This document shows positions 40,701 through 50,171 of a stretch of DNA of 64,000 nucleotides, piece after piece. The number at the start of each line of letters is the position of its first letter. Positions within the stretch are counted from its first letter, which is position 1. The DNA lies in the NCBI GenBank assembly GCA_029547745.1, contig JAKPOQ010000004.1, positions 70,432 to 134,431 of the forward strand. Direction: 5' to 3'. The position numbers and the translations under genes are program-made. This DNA comes from Actinomycetes bacterium (GTDB lineage: Bacteria > Actinomycetota > Thermoleophilia > UBA2241). Below the pieces are notes generated by a model that made no database searches, was not told the DNA's origin, and was given only the letters and a program-made list of their open reading frames with translations.

Positions 40701-42038
40701 GCCGTGAGCGCGCTCGAGCGGCGGACGAAGCGGCGTCTCGGTGATGCGCGGCGCCCGCTGTTGCTCTCCGTCCGGTCGGGCGCCGCCATCTCGATGCCCG
40801 GCCTCATGGCGACCTTCGTCAACGCCGGTCTCAACGACGTCCTCACCGAGGCTCTCGCCCGCGCCCCCGGGTTCGCGTGGGCGGCGTGGGACAGCTACCG
40901 GCGTCTGCTGCAGTCGTGGGCGATGTCGGACGGCCTCGAGCGCGATTTCTTCGACGCGATCATGACCGAGTTCAAGGCGCGCTACGGGGTCGAGCAGAAG
41001 CTCGACTTCAGCGCCGCGCAGATGCGCGAGATCGCCATCCAGTACAAGGCGCGCGCCCTTGACCTCGGGGTACGTTTCGTCGACGACCCGTGGGAGCAGG
41101 TCGTCGTCTGCGTCCGCAAGGTGCTCGATTCCTGGGGATCGCCACAGGCGCGGCTGTATCGCCAGTACGTGGGCATCGCCGAGGAGTGGGGTACCGCGGT
41201 GGTCGTCCAGCGGATGGTGTTCGGGAACCTGAACCGGCAGTCGGGCTCGGGGGTGACCTTCACGAGCAACCCGCTCGAGCCGCACAGCCGGCAGGTGCGT
41301 CTCTTCGGCGACTTCGCCGTACAGAGTCAGGGCGAGGACCTCGTCGGCGGTCTCGTGTTCCCCTTGCCGATCTCAGAGGCGCAACGTCTCGGGAGTCCCG
41401 CGTACCGGGGCACGGAGCACTCGCTCGAACGCGACTACCCAGCGATCTACGCCGAGCTGCTGGCCGTGGCCCGCGACCTCGTGGAGTACCGGGAGTTCGA
41501 CCCCCAGGAGATCGAGTTCACCTTCGAGTCGCCGGCGGCCCACGACCTCTACGTGCTGCAGAAGCGGGCCGTGGTGCAGGGACAGGACATGGACGCCCCT
41601 TACTTCGACACGTCGTCACCGAGCTACGGCCCGCCGGTGGCCGTAGGCATGGGGGTGTCGGGCGGCGCCTACTCGGGGCGCGCCGCTGTCGATGCCGGGC
41701 AGATCGACCGCCTGCTCAAAGAGGCTCCTGACGAGGGCATCGTGCTCCTGCGCCCCGACACCGTCCCGGAAGACATCGCCATGATCACCAGGGTCGACGG
41801 CATCCTGACGGCGCGTGGCGGCGCGACGTCCCATGCCGCGGTGACCGCCAAGCGTCTGGGCAAGACGGCGGTCGTCGAGTGCGCCGACCTCGAAGTCGTC
41901 GAGCACGAGGGCATCGTCCGCTTGGCGGGGCACGAGCTGCATGCCGGCGACTGGTTGTCGATCGACGGCCGGACCGGCAACATCTTCCTCGGCCGCATCC
42001 CGACGCAGAGCCGGCCGCCGGCGACGAAGGGTCGGTGA
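37740..42038 (+). CDS. giant PPDK-like dikinase: ~930-aa unknown N-terminus + ATP-grasp + phospho-His swivel; no PEP/pyruvate barrel
   Basis: From ~40551: LGFKG, VPEGF, SVRSGAAISMPG, VQRMVFGN, QGEDLV, EIEFT; GGATSHAAV (His codon 41832); stop about 67 codons later. Start approximate. Confidence 0.85.
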   Translation: MRTSQLPFESDALRANIATTAQEVVIPERYAPLVEAVAGLHGVRATLVDTLSEYFHGFRNVDLLVDGFQTIVLRNWPYFERSPDRALLFGLLGELMVQLLDEDLTEEQASPLLRALLLWATEALKGSHGEAYEETLRGLAPDLSRLLDRYRRSFLERDVLVRNLVEQAVPRAALAAPFLELYRKVLVAAYGVVRDRLDVPGWVDTQGGGLTDPGAVARRFSWLARRRTTDLVRAAERAPAETLLSPRFPLFSEIAQRAIDELFHIENLEDRFAVCLFFLKDQTLGYRQKEVMADLLDVVRQLMRPDRHTDAETILTRLTAFFRGREDEFLLARFQCYEAIGVAIGEAGNVRAADHLIEDILYWQFQYPDIRGATDEWETVVNPYHLPKIRCWMHIIESNPALFERLAAALNVQLRLGGVYIADTDLFQRDVTRFLNADIRPIYFVAKQLLRAFPVYFSEVGAEGELRSVSTEIDEVCGRHDSLMHFLRKQVHAESSNRLVAFSRAVLVYWLSLDPSGLEPFVSESTMAAVRRELDWARGPHATLHALRRRLMPRIGVADGGRPDDGGRSDGGGRGDGAGRGGHRARARADAEQEVDAFLDRLLALTPDELAAELSQIGDGQGDDGGAIDDVQRRRVALLVRTYQLLARKYSFTADDVGPAVARHTQLEAKVRERFADALAAWQRRPTAYARDRLLDAALSVLEALKAIILSAEVSTPTENIYQKRHIAAGIPSIYGNYSEPKFDALGLSFRVENLAGRLLEDLVAEGVEQYVTRDSLRRMSRAIRRFERALAVDGVDSRALDANLSMLEASFASRNFTFHQYQNVFQFLAQSVTELSTRSVLSHEQVLHAVLVNDPRQCEARGMSVDAVAEMVLREVLVSALGMQTLDRYVGAALRQISMLNGRLDNRALTRMMNYDPERLMSPLHRPRPATDDQRTLGFKGLGLKQMAAYGHRVPEGFVVTTELFQAMPAMSYAPLYDETIERIRHAVSALERRTKRRLGDARRPLLLSVRSGAAISMPGLMATFVNAGLNDVLTEALARAPGFAWAAWDSYRRLLQSWAMSDGLERDFFDAIMTEFKARYGVEQKLDFSAAQMREIAIQYKARALDLGVRFVDDPWEQVVVCVRKVLDSWGSPQARLYRQYVGIAEEWGTAVVVQRMVFGNLNRQSGSGVTFTSNPLEPHSRQVRLFGDFAVQSQGEDLVGGLVFPLPISEAQRLGSPAYRGTEHSLERDYPAIYAELLAVARDLVEYREFDPQEIEFTFESPAAHDLYVLQKRAVVQGQDMDAPYFDTSSPSYGPPVAVGMGVSGGAYSGRAAVDAGQIDRLLKEAPDEGIVLLRPDTVPEDIAMITRVDGILTARGGATSHAAVTAKRLGKTAVVECADLEVVEHEGIVRLAGHELHAGDWLSIDGRTGNIFLGRIPTQSRPPATKGR

Positions 42039-42097
42039 CCGGTCGCGACGGAGGAGTGCGCGCGAGACGCGGTTTGGCCGCTGCCGCGAAGCGGTAG

Positions 42098-43126
<1,029 letters not shown>

Positions 43127-43204
43127 GGGACGGGCGTGCGGCGCCGCTCTCATGCCGCCAGGACGCCGCAGGCAACGGACATCACGATCGAGGGAGGCCG
43201 CCCC

Positions 43205-44389
43205 GTGCGCAAGCGTTCAGTGACCGACTACCCGCTCGCCGGCAAGCGCGTGCTCGTGCGGGTCGACTTCAACGTACCGCTCGAGGGCGGTCGCGTGGCC
43301 GACGACACACGCATCCGCGCCGCGCTGCCGACCATCGAGTACCTGCTCGGCCAGCGGTGCGCCGTCGTCCTCGCCTCGCACCTCGGCCGCCCCAAGGGCA
43401 AGGTCGTCGAAGAGCTGCGCATGGCGCCGGTCGCGGCGCGGCTCGCGGAGCTGCTCGGGCGGCCCGTGAAGACGGCGAGGGACTGTGTGGGACCGGAGGT
43501 CGAGGCCGCAGCCCGCGCCCTCGCTCCGGGCGAGGTCCTGCTGCTCGAGAACCTGCGTTTCCATGCCGGGGAGACGGCGAACGACCCGGCGTTCGCAGCG
43601 CAGCTCGCCGCCCTGGCGGACGTCTACGTCAACGACGCCTTCGGCGCCGCCCACCGGGCGCACGCCTCGACCGAGGGTGTCGCCCACCTGCTCCCGGCGG
43701 TCGCCGGGCTGTTGCTGACGCGTGAGCTCGAGATGCTCGGCAAGCTGCTGACCGACCCCCAGCGGCCGTTCGTCGTCGTGCTCGGCGGCGCCAAGGTCTC
43801 GGACAAGATCGGCGTCATCGAGAGGATGCTCGACACGGCCGACGCGGTCCTCGTCGGCGGCGCCATGTGTTTCGCCTTCTTCAAGGCGGACGGGCGCGAG
43901 GTGGGCACGTCCCTGGTCGACGAGGAGGGGCTTGACGCCGCGGCGGCGATCGCCGCCAAGGCGCAGCGCGAAGACCGCGTGTTCGAGCTGCCCGTCGACA
44001 TCGTCGTCGCTCCGGCCGCCGAGGCCGGCGCGCCGAGCACGGTCGTGGCGGCCGACGCCATGCCGGTCGACCAGATGGGGCTGGACATCGGGCCGGCGAC
44101 GGCGGCGGCGTTCGCCGCCCGCATCGCCGGCGCCCGGACGGTCTTCTGGAACGGCCCCATGGGGCTCTTTGAGATCGAGGACTTCGCTGCGGGAACGCGG
44201 ACCGTCGGCGAGGCGGTCGCCGCCGGGGACGCCGTCTCGGTGGTCGGCGGCGGCGACACGGTGCGGGCCGTCCGGCGCTTCGGGTTGGAGGGTCGCATCA
44301 CGCACGTGTCGACCGGCGGCGGGGCCGCTCTGGAGTTCCTCGAGGGCAAGGCGCTGCCCGGCGTCGTCGTCCTGATGGACCGGGAGTGA
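43205..44389 (+). CDS. pgk: phosphoglycerate kinase
   Basis: RVDFNVP, SHLGRP, LENLRF, NDAFG, STGGGA; GTG with SD GGAGG. Confidence 0.98.
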   Translation: MRKRSVTDYPLAGKRVLVRVDFNVPLEGGRVADDTRIRAALPTIEYLLGQRCAVVLASHLGRPKGKVVEELRMAPVAARLAELLGRPVKTARDCVGPEVEAAARALAPGEVLLLENLRFHAGETANDPAFAAQLAALADVYVNDAFGAAHRAHASTEGVAHLLPAVAGLLLTRELEMLGKLLTDPQRPFVVVLGGAKVSDKIGVIERMLDTADAVLVGGAMCFAFFKADGREVGTSLVDEEGLDAAAAIAAKAQREDRVFELPVDIVVAPAAEAGAPSTVVAADAMPVDQMGLDIGPATAAAFAARIAGARTVFWNGPMGLFEIEDFAAGTRTVGEAVAAGDAVSVVGGGDTVRAVRRFGLEGRITHVSTGGGAALEFLEGKALPGVVVLMDRE

Positions 44390-45159
44390 CGGTGGCTCCC
44401 GAGCGCCGCCCGCTCATCGCGGGCAACTGGAAGATGTACAAGACGCGGCCCGAGACGGCGGCCTTCTGCGCCGCGTTCCTGCCCCTTGTGGCCGGCGTCG
44501 AGGGCCGCGACGTGGTGCTCTGCCCGCCGGCGGTGTGCCTCGAGACGGCCCTCGCCGCGACGCGCGGCGCCGGGGTCGGCGTCGGCGCCCAGACCATGCA
44601 CTTCGCCGCCGAGGGCGCCTACACCGGCGAGATCGCGCCGCGCATGCTGGCCGAGCTCGGCGTCTCGCATGTGATCCTCGGCCACTCGGAGCGGCGGCAG
44701 TACTTCGCCGAGAACGACGCCGACCTCGCGCGCAAGGTCCGCGCGGCGCTCGATGCGGGGTTCACCCCGATCCTGTGCTGCGGCGAGACGCTTGAAGAGC
44801 GTGAGGCGGGGCGGACCGAAGCCAAGGTCGGCGGGCAGCTCGACGCCGACCTCGCCGAGGTCGACCCAGCAGAGCTGCCCGCCGTGACCGTCGCCTATGA
44901 GCCGATCTGGGCGATCGGCACGGGTAGGACGGCGACCCCCGAGACGGCGCAAGAGACGGTGGCGTTCATCCGGCGGCGCCTGCGCGAGCGCTTCGGCGCC
45001 GCCGCCGACCGGGTGCGCATCCTGTACGGCGGCAGCGTCAAGGCGGCGAACATCGATGCCCTCATGGTGCAGCCCGACATCGACGGCGTGCTCGTCGGCG
45101 GGGCGAGCCTCGAGGCGCAGGAGTTCGCGCGCATCGTGCGCTTCGTGGAGCCCGCGTGA
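44386..45159 (+). CDS. tpiA: triose-phosphate isomerase
   Basis: AGNWK, GHSERR, AYEPIWAIGTG, YGGSV, LVGGAS. Confidence 0.98.
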   Translation: MTVAPERRPLIAGNWKMYKTRPETAAFCAAFLPLVAGVEGRDVVLCPPAVCLETALAATRGAGVGVGAQTMHFAAEGAYTGEIAPRMLAELGVSHVILGHSERRQYFAENDADLARKVRAALDAGFTPILCCGETLEEREAGRTEAKVGGQLDADLAEVDPAELPAVTVAYEPIWAIGTGRTATPETAQETVAFIRRRLRERFGAAADRVRILYGGSVKAANIDALMVQPDIDGVLVGGASLEAQEFARIVRFVEPA

Positions 45160-46727
45160 GCGGCGCACGCGGGGCGTCGCTCTCGCCGACAGGACGGATC
45201 TTCCGCCCCGTCGTCCTCGTGGTGATGGACGGGTGGGGCTACGCGCCGGCCGGCCCCGGCAATGCCGTCGCCCTGGCGCGCACGCCCGTGTTCGACGCGC
45301 TCTGGGGGGCGTACCCTCACACGACGCTCGCAGCGTCCGGTGAGGCGGTCGGTCTGCCTCCGGGCCAGATGGGCAACTCCGAGGTCGGGCACCTCAACAT
45401 CGGCGCCGGACGCGTGGTCTACCAGGACCTCACCCGCATCACGAAGGCGATCGAGGACGGCTCGTTCTTCAGGAACCGCGTCCTTGTACAGGCGATGGCG
45501 AAGGCCGCCGGCCGCGCCTCCAGGCTCCACCTCATGGGCCTGGTGTCGGACGGCGGCGTGCACAGCGACCTCGGCCACCTCGAGGCCTGTCTCGAGCTCG
45601 CCCGTCGCGAGGGTGTCCGGGACGTCGTCGTCCACGCCTTCCTCGACGGTCGCGACACGCCGCCGAAGAGCGCCCCGGGGTACCTGGCCCGGGTCCAGAA
45701 GACGATGGACCGGCTCGGCGTCGGCCGCTACGGTGTGGTCAGCGGCCGTTACTACGCCATGGACCGCGACGGGCGCTGGGAGCGCACCAAGCTCGTGTAC
45801 GACGCCCTCGTCTACGGCGATGGTCTCTTCGCCGCCGATGCCCAGGCCGCGGTGCGGGCGGCCTACGAGCGCGGCGAGACGGACGAGTTCGTGCGCCCGA
45901 CCGTGGTCGCCCCCGAGGTCGAGGCGCGCGTGCGTGCGGGCGACGTCTGCCTGTTCTTCAACTTCCGGCCCGACCGCGCCCGCCAGCTCACGCGCGCCTT
46001 CTTCGAGAGGGAGTTCGACGGCTTCGACCGGGGTCCGACCCCGCCGGCGGTCGACTTCGTGACGATGACGCGTTACAAGAAGGAGTTCCCGCTGCCGGTG
46101 GCCTTCGAGCCGGAGCACCTGACGAACGTCCTGGCCGAGGTCCTTTCCGCCGCCGGCCTGCGTCAGCTCCACATCGCCGAGACCGAGAAGTACGCTCATG
46201 TGACGTTCTTCTTCAACGGCGGCGTCGAGGCCGAGTACCCCGGGGAGTCACGGATCCTTGTCCCCAGTCCGCGCGACGTGCCGACGTACGACAAGAAGCC
46301 CGAGATGAGCGCCTTCGCCGTCACCGACGCGCTCGTGCACCGGCTCGGCGCCGGCGTCTGCGACTTCGTCGTCGTGAACTTCGCCAACGCCGATATGGTG
46401 GGGCACAGCGGCGTCATCCCCGCCACCGTCAAGGCGGTCGAGACGGTCGACGCCTGCGTCGGCAGGGTTGTCGACGCCGTCGCCGCCCTCGGCGGCGCCT
46501 GTCTCGTGACCGCCGACCATGGCAACGCCGAGGAGATGCTGCAACCCGACGGGAGTCCGAACACCGCCCACAGTACGAACCCTGTGCCGTTTCTGGCCAC
46601 GGCGACCGGCGTGAAGAGCTGCGACGGCGGGCGGCTGTGCGACCTCGCGCCGACCATCCTCGGGCTGCTCGGTGTCGCGCCGCCCGCCGAGATGACCGGT
46701 ACGCCGCTGCTCGAGCCCGTGGCATGA
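45156..46727 (+). CDS. gpmI: 2,3-BPG-independent phosphoglycerate mutase
   Basis: MGNSEVGH, GRYYAMDRD, NFRPDR, AETEKYAH, DMVGH, TADHGNAE. Confidence 0.98.
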   Translation: MSGARGASLSPTGRIFRPVVLVVMDGWGYAPAGPGNAVALARTPVFDALWGAYPHTTLAASGEAVGLPPGQMGNSEVGHLNIGAGRVVYQDLTRITKAIEDGSFFRNRVLVQAMAKAAGRASRLHLMGLVSDGGVHSDLGHLEACLELARREGVRDVVVHAFLDGRDTPPKSAPGYLARVQKTMDRLGVGRYGVVSGRYYAMDRDGRWERTKLVYDALVYGDGLFAADAQAAVRAAYERGETDEFVRPTVVAPEVEARVRAGDVCLFFNFRPDRARQLTRAFFEREFDGFDRGPTPPAVDFVTMTRYKKEFPLPVAFEPEHLTNVLAEVLSAAGLRQLHIAETEKYAHVTFFFNGGVEAEYPGESRILVPSPRDVPTYDKKPEMSAFAVTDALVHRLGAGVCDFVVVNFANADMVGHSGVIPATVKAVETVDACVGRVVDAVAALGGACLVTADHGNAEEMLQPDGSPNTAHSTNPVPFLATATGVKSCDGGRLCDLAPTILGLLGVAPPAEMTGTPLLEPVA

Positions 46728-46888
46728 GCACGTCGCCCGTTCGTGCTTGCGCGCCGTCCGCCGCTTCGTGGACCGCCTCCTCCGGCTCGGCGGCTCCGCC
46801 CGTTGTGGAATGTGGACGGAGATGCAACAATACTATGCTCGCATACGAAACTCAGGGCCGACCGGCCTGATACCAAGGAGAGAGTCGC

Positions 46889-47110
46889 GTGCTGACCGCC
46901 ATCCTCGTCGTCGTCCATATCGTGGTGAGCCTCGTGCTCCTCGTGCTCATCCTCATGCACTCCGGCAAGGACGCCGGCATGGCGAGCTCGACCGGCTTCT
47001 CGTTCGCCTCGCAGGCGAGCGTCATGGAGCGCAACCTCACGCGCTACACCATCATCGCCGGCGTCGTCTTCTTCATCACGACGTTCCTGCTCGCGTGGAG
47101 GCTCGCCTGA
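46889..47110 (+). CDS. secG: preprotein translocase subunit SecG
   Basis: Two TM helices, ILMHSGK, ERNLTR; conserved position after the glycolytic operon. Confidence 0.92.
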   Translation: MLTAILVVVHIVVSLVLLVLILMHSGKDAGMASSTGFSFASQASVMERNLTRYTIIAGVVFFITTFLLAWRLA

Positions 47111-47319
47111 CGTCGCGACACCGGTAGTGTGTGGGGCGGGTGCGCCTCCTCGACGAGCAGGCGCGGCCGCCTTAGGACATCAAAGGGGACCAAAGCCCAC
47201 AGGGGGCGTGTTCACGGGAGGTGCTGGACGGCTGGGGACAGGGAGGGGCCTGCGACCTGCGACGGACACCCGCGCGGTGGGCCCCGGAAAGGGACCGATG
47301 ACTCTCGAAGGAGGTCACT

Positions 47320-49005
47320 TTGATCAATCTCAGGAAGAACTGGCGCAGCCTGATGCTTCTTGCCGTGCTGCTCGTGGCCGTCAGCCTCGTGTTCGCCGCC
47401 TGCGGCGAGGAGGAAGAGGCGGCGCCTGAGGGTGAAGAAGGCACCCCGAAGCCCGGCGGTGTGTACAACTACGTCCTCTCAGCGAACCCGACGGCGATCG
47501 ACGCTGTCGGCGTGCAAGAGAGCGAGGGCTGGCAGATCGCCCACAACACACTCGAGGGGCTCGTCACGTACGTCCAGGACGAGAGCGGCGGCATGGTGGC
47601 CGAGCCGAAGATCGCCGAGAGCTGGGAGTCCAACGACGACGCGACCGTCTGGACCTTCCATCTCAAGAAGGGCGTCATGTTCCAGGCCCCGGTGAGTCGC
47701 GAGGTCGTGGCTCAGGACTTCGTCGATTCGTGGAACCGGGCGACCGACCCCGCCAACGGATCGTACACGTCCTACGTCCTTGCCCCGATCAAGGGCTGCA
47801 CCGACAGCGGCTACTGGGAGGGCAAGAAGGGCCTCACGGGAGTCAGGGCGGTCGACGACTCCACGCTCGAGGTCACCTTGCGCTACCCGTTCGCCGAGTT
47901 CGCGCAGACTCTCGGCCACCCGGTCGCTTCGGTCACGCCGGTCGACTACATCGAGAAGATCGGCGCCAAGGCGTACAACCGCAAGCCGGTCGGCACAGGG
48001 CCTTTCATGGTCAAGGAGTGGAAGAACAACCGCTACATCGATCTGGTGAAGAACCCCGACTACTGGGACAAGGAGAACGCGGCGTATCTGGACGAGGTAC
48101 ATTGCGCGATCATCACTGAGTCGTCGACCCAGTGGCTCGAGTTCCAGAAGGGCAAGCTCGACTACTCCACGGTGCCTCCGGGGCAGGTCAAGACCGTGGA
48201 GGGCATGCCCGAGGTGAAGAACGGCGAGTGGACGGCGAAGGCGTGGCCGACGCTGTCGACGTATTTCTACGGCTTCAACATGAACAACCCGGTCGTTGGC
48301 GCTCCCGCCGGCGACAAGGGGCTCCAGATCCGCAAAGCCATGGCTCTCTCGGCCGACACGCAGCATGTCATCAGCATCGTCGGCGAGGGCGTGCCGCTTC
48401 CTGCCACGGGCATCGTCCCCGAGGGCATCCCGGGATACAAGGCCGGTCAGTCGCCTTATGCGTACGACCCGGAGGCGGCCAAGGAGACCGTCGCCGGTCT
48501 GGGCAAGCTTCCGACGCTGCGTGTCTGGTACAACACCGACGAGGGCCATCAGAAGATCGCCGAGGTCCTGCAAGCCGGCTGGAAGGCCGCCGGCCTGAAC
48601 GTCGAGCTCGAGAACTTCGAGTGGGGCGCCTATCTCGACAAGCTGGCCAAGAGCCAGAAGGGCGACGAGTCGAGCGCCCAGATCTTCCGCATGGGCTGGA
48701 TCGCCGACTACCCGTCGCTCGACAACTTCCTCTACCCGCTGTTCCACAGCTCGCAGTCGGCGACGATGTACACGTTCTACAACAACCCTGAGTTCGACGA
48801 CCTCGTCGTCCAGGCTCGCCAGACGACGGACGCGACGCAGCGCACCAATCTGTACCTGCAGGCCGAGAAGCTGATGCTTCAGGATGCTCCCATCATCCCC
48901 ATTTACTACTACCGGGACTTCCGCGTCACCAACAACAGGATCGGCGGCTTCGTCCACGACCCGATGTATCAGACGCACTTCTGGGAGCTGTGGGTGAAGG
49001 AGTGA
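47320..49005 (+). CDS. peptide/nickel ABC transporter substrate-binding lipoprotein (OppA/DppA family)
   Basis: Lipobox VFAAC; WTFHLKKG, PVGTGPF, GWIADYP. Confidence 0.93.
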   Translation: MINLRKNWRSLMLLAVLLVAVSLVFAACGEEEEAAPEGEEGTPKPGGVYNYVLSANPTAIDAVGVQESEGWQIAHNTLEGLVTYVQDESGGMVAEPKIAESWESNDDATVWTFHLKKGVMFQAPVSREVVAQDFVDSWNRATDPANGSYTSYVLAPIKGCTDSGYWEGKKGLTGVRAVDDSTLEVTLRYPFAEFAQTLGHPVASVTPVDYIEKIGAKAYNRKPVGTGPFMVKEWKNNRYIDLVKNPDYWDKENAAYLDEVHCAIITESSTQWLEFQKGKLDYSTVPPGQVKTVEGMPEVKNGEWTAKAWPTLSTYFYGFNMNNPVVGAPAGDKGLQIRKAMALSADTQHVISIVGEGVPLPATGIVPEGIPGYKAGQSPYAYDPEAAKETVAGLGKLPTLRVWYNTDEGHQKIAEVLQAGWKAAGLNVELENFEWGAYLDKLAKSQKGDESSAQIFRMGWIADYPSLDNFLYPLFHSSQSATMYTFYNNPEFDDLVVQARQTTDATQRTNLYLQAEKLMLQDAPIIPIYYYRDFRVTNNRIGGFVHDPMYQTHFWELWVKE

Positions 49006-49071
49006 TGCTGGAGGCGCCTTTCGGCTTGCGTATGCAGTGGTGAATACCTAGACTGCACGCGGCCTTTTCAG

Positions 49072-49108
49072 TGGTGGCCCGCCGCTGGGCGCCAGCGGCG
49101 GGCCACCA
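49072..49108. terminator. 17-bp hairpin after SBP gene (mRNA stabiliser or partial terminator)
   Basis: tggtggcccgccgctgg-gcg-ccagcggcgggccacca. Confidence 0.6.
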
Positions 49109-49195
49109 TCACTCGTACGCCGAACGGGCGCCTGGGCCCGATCGCGAGCGCCAGTCCAGGCCATCGTCGAGGCAGGTCGAGGGAACGCACGAACG

Positions 49196-50170
49196 ATGCT
49201 GACCTACATCGTCAGACGTCTTCTGCAACTGTTCATCGTGCTGTTCGGGGTCAGCATCATCACGTTCGTGATGCTGTACGTCATCCCCGGCGATCCGGCG
49301 CGCATGCTGGCCGGCAAGAACGCGACCGAAGAGAAGATCCAGGAGATCCGCGTCCAGAAGGGCCTCGACAAGCCCATCTACATCCAGTACGGCAAATGGC
49401 TGGGCGGCGTCCTGCAGGGCGACCTCGGCGAGTCCTACTACCTGCAACAGAGCGTCGGCAGCATGATCGTCGAGAACGCGCCGAACACCATCCAGTTGGC
49501 GCTGGCGGCGGTCCTGATCGAACTGCTGGGCGTACCTCTGGGCATCTACTCCGCCCTGCGTCAGTACTCGTTCTGGGACACGACGCTGACGACGGCGGCC
49601 CTCATCGTCTGGGGCATCCCCGTCTTCGTCCTCGGCGTGTTCATGCAGTGGTTCTTCGGCCTCAAGCTCGATCAGTGGCTCGGGGTCGACATCTTCCCGC
49701 TCACGGGCGCCGGCGACAACGTCCTCTGGGTCATCCCGGCGTCGTGGGAGAGCCTCATGAGTCTGGTCCTCCCGGCGGTGACGCTGGGCGTGATCGAGGT
49801 CGCCTACATCTCCTACATGCAGCGCGCCTCGATGCTCGAGGTCATCCGCAGTGACTACATCCGCACGGCCCGCGCCAAGGGCCTTTCCGAGCGCGTGGTC
49901 GTCGGCAAGCATGCCCTGAAGAACGCCGTCATCCCCGTGATGACGATCGCCGGCATCGACCTCGGCGCCCTGCTGGGCGGGGCGATCCTCACCGAGACGG
50001 TGTTCGCGCGCCCCGGCATAGGGCTCATGATCTACGAGGCGATCGGACGGCGCGACGCACCGGTCATCGCCGGGGGCGTGCTCTTCGCCACCGTCGTGTA
50101 CGTGTTCGCCAACCTGTTCGTCGACCTCGGCTACGCCGCCGTCGACCCGCGGATCAGGCTGGAGGAGTAG
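49196..50170 (+). CDS. peptide ABC permease (OppB/DppB)
   Basis: PGDP, GDLGES, DYIRTARAKGL, ETVF, DPRIR. Confidence 0.95.
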   Translation: MLTYIVRRLLQLFIVLFGVSIITFVMLYVIPGDPARMLAGKNATEEKIQEIRVQKGLDKPIYIQYGKWLGGVLQGDLGESYYLQQSVGSMIVENAPNTIQLALAAVLIELLGVPLGIYSALRQYSFWDTTLTTAALIVWGIPVFVLGVFMQWFFGLKLDQWLGVDIFPLTGAGDNVLWVIPASWESLMSLVLPAVTLGVIEVAYISYMQRASMLEVIRSDYIRTARAKGLSERVVVGKHALKNAVIPVMTIAGIDLGALLGGAILTETVFARPGIGLMIYEAIGRRDAPVIAGGVLFATVVYVFANLFVDLGYAAVDPRIRLEE

Positions 50171-50171
50171 G

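Noticed and set aside
46728-46888. Missing enolase between gpmI and secG
   Set aside because: No remnant visible; eno is commonly encoded elsewhere in actinobacteria.
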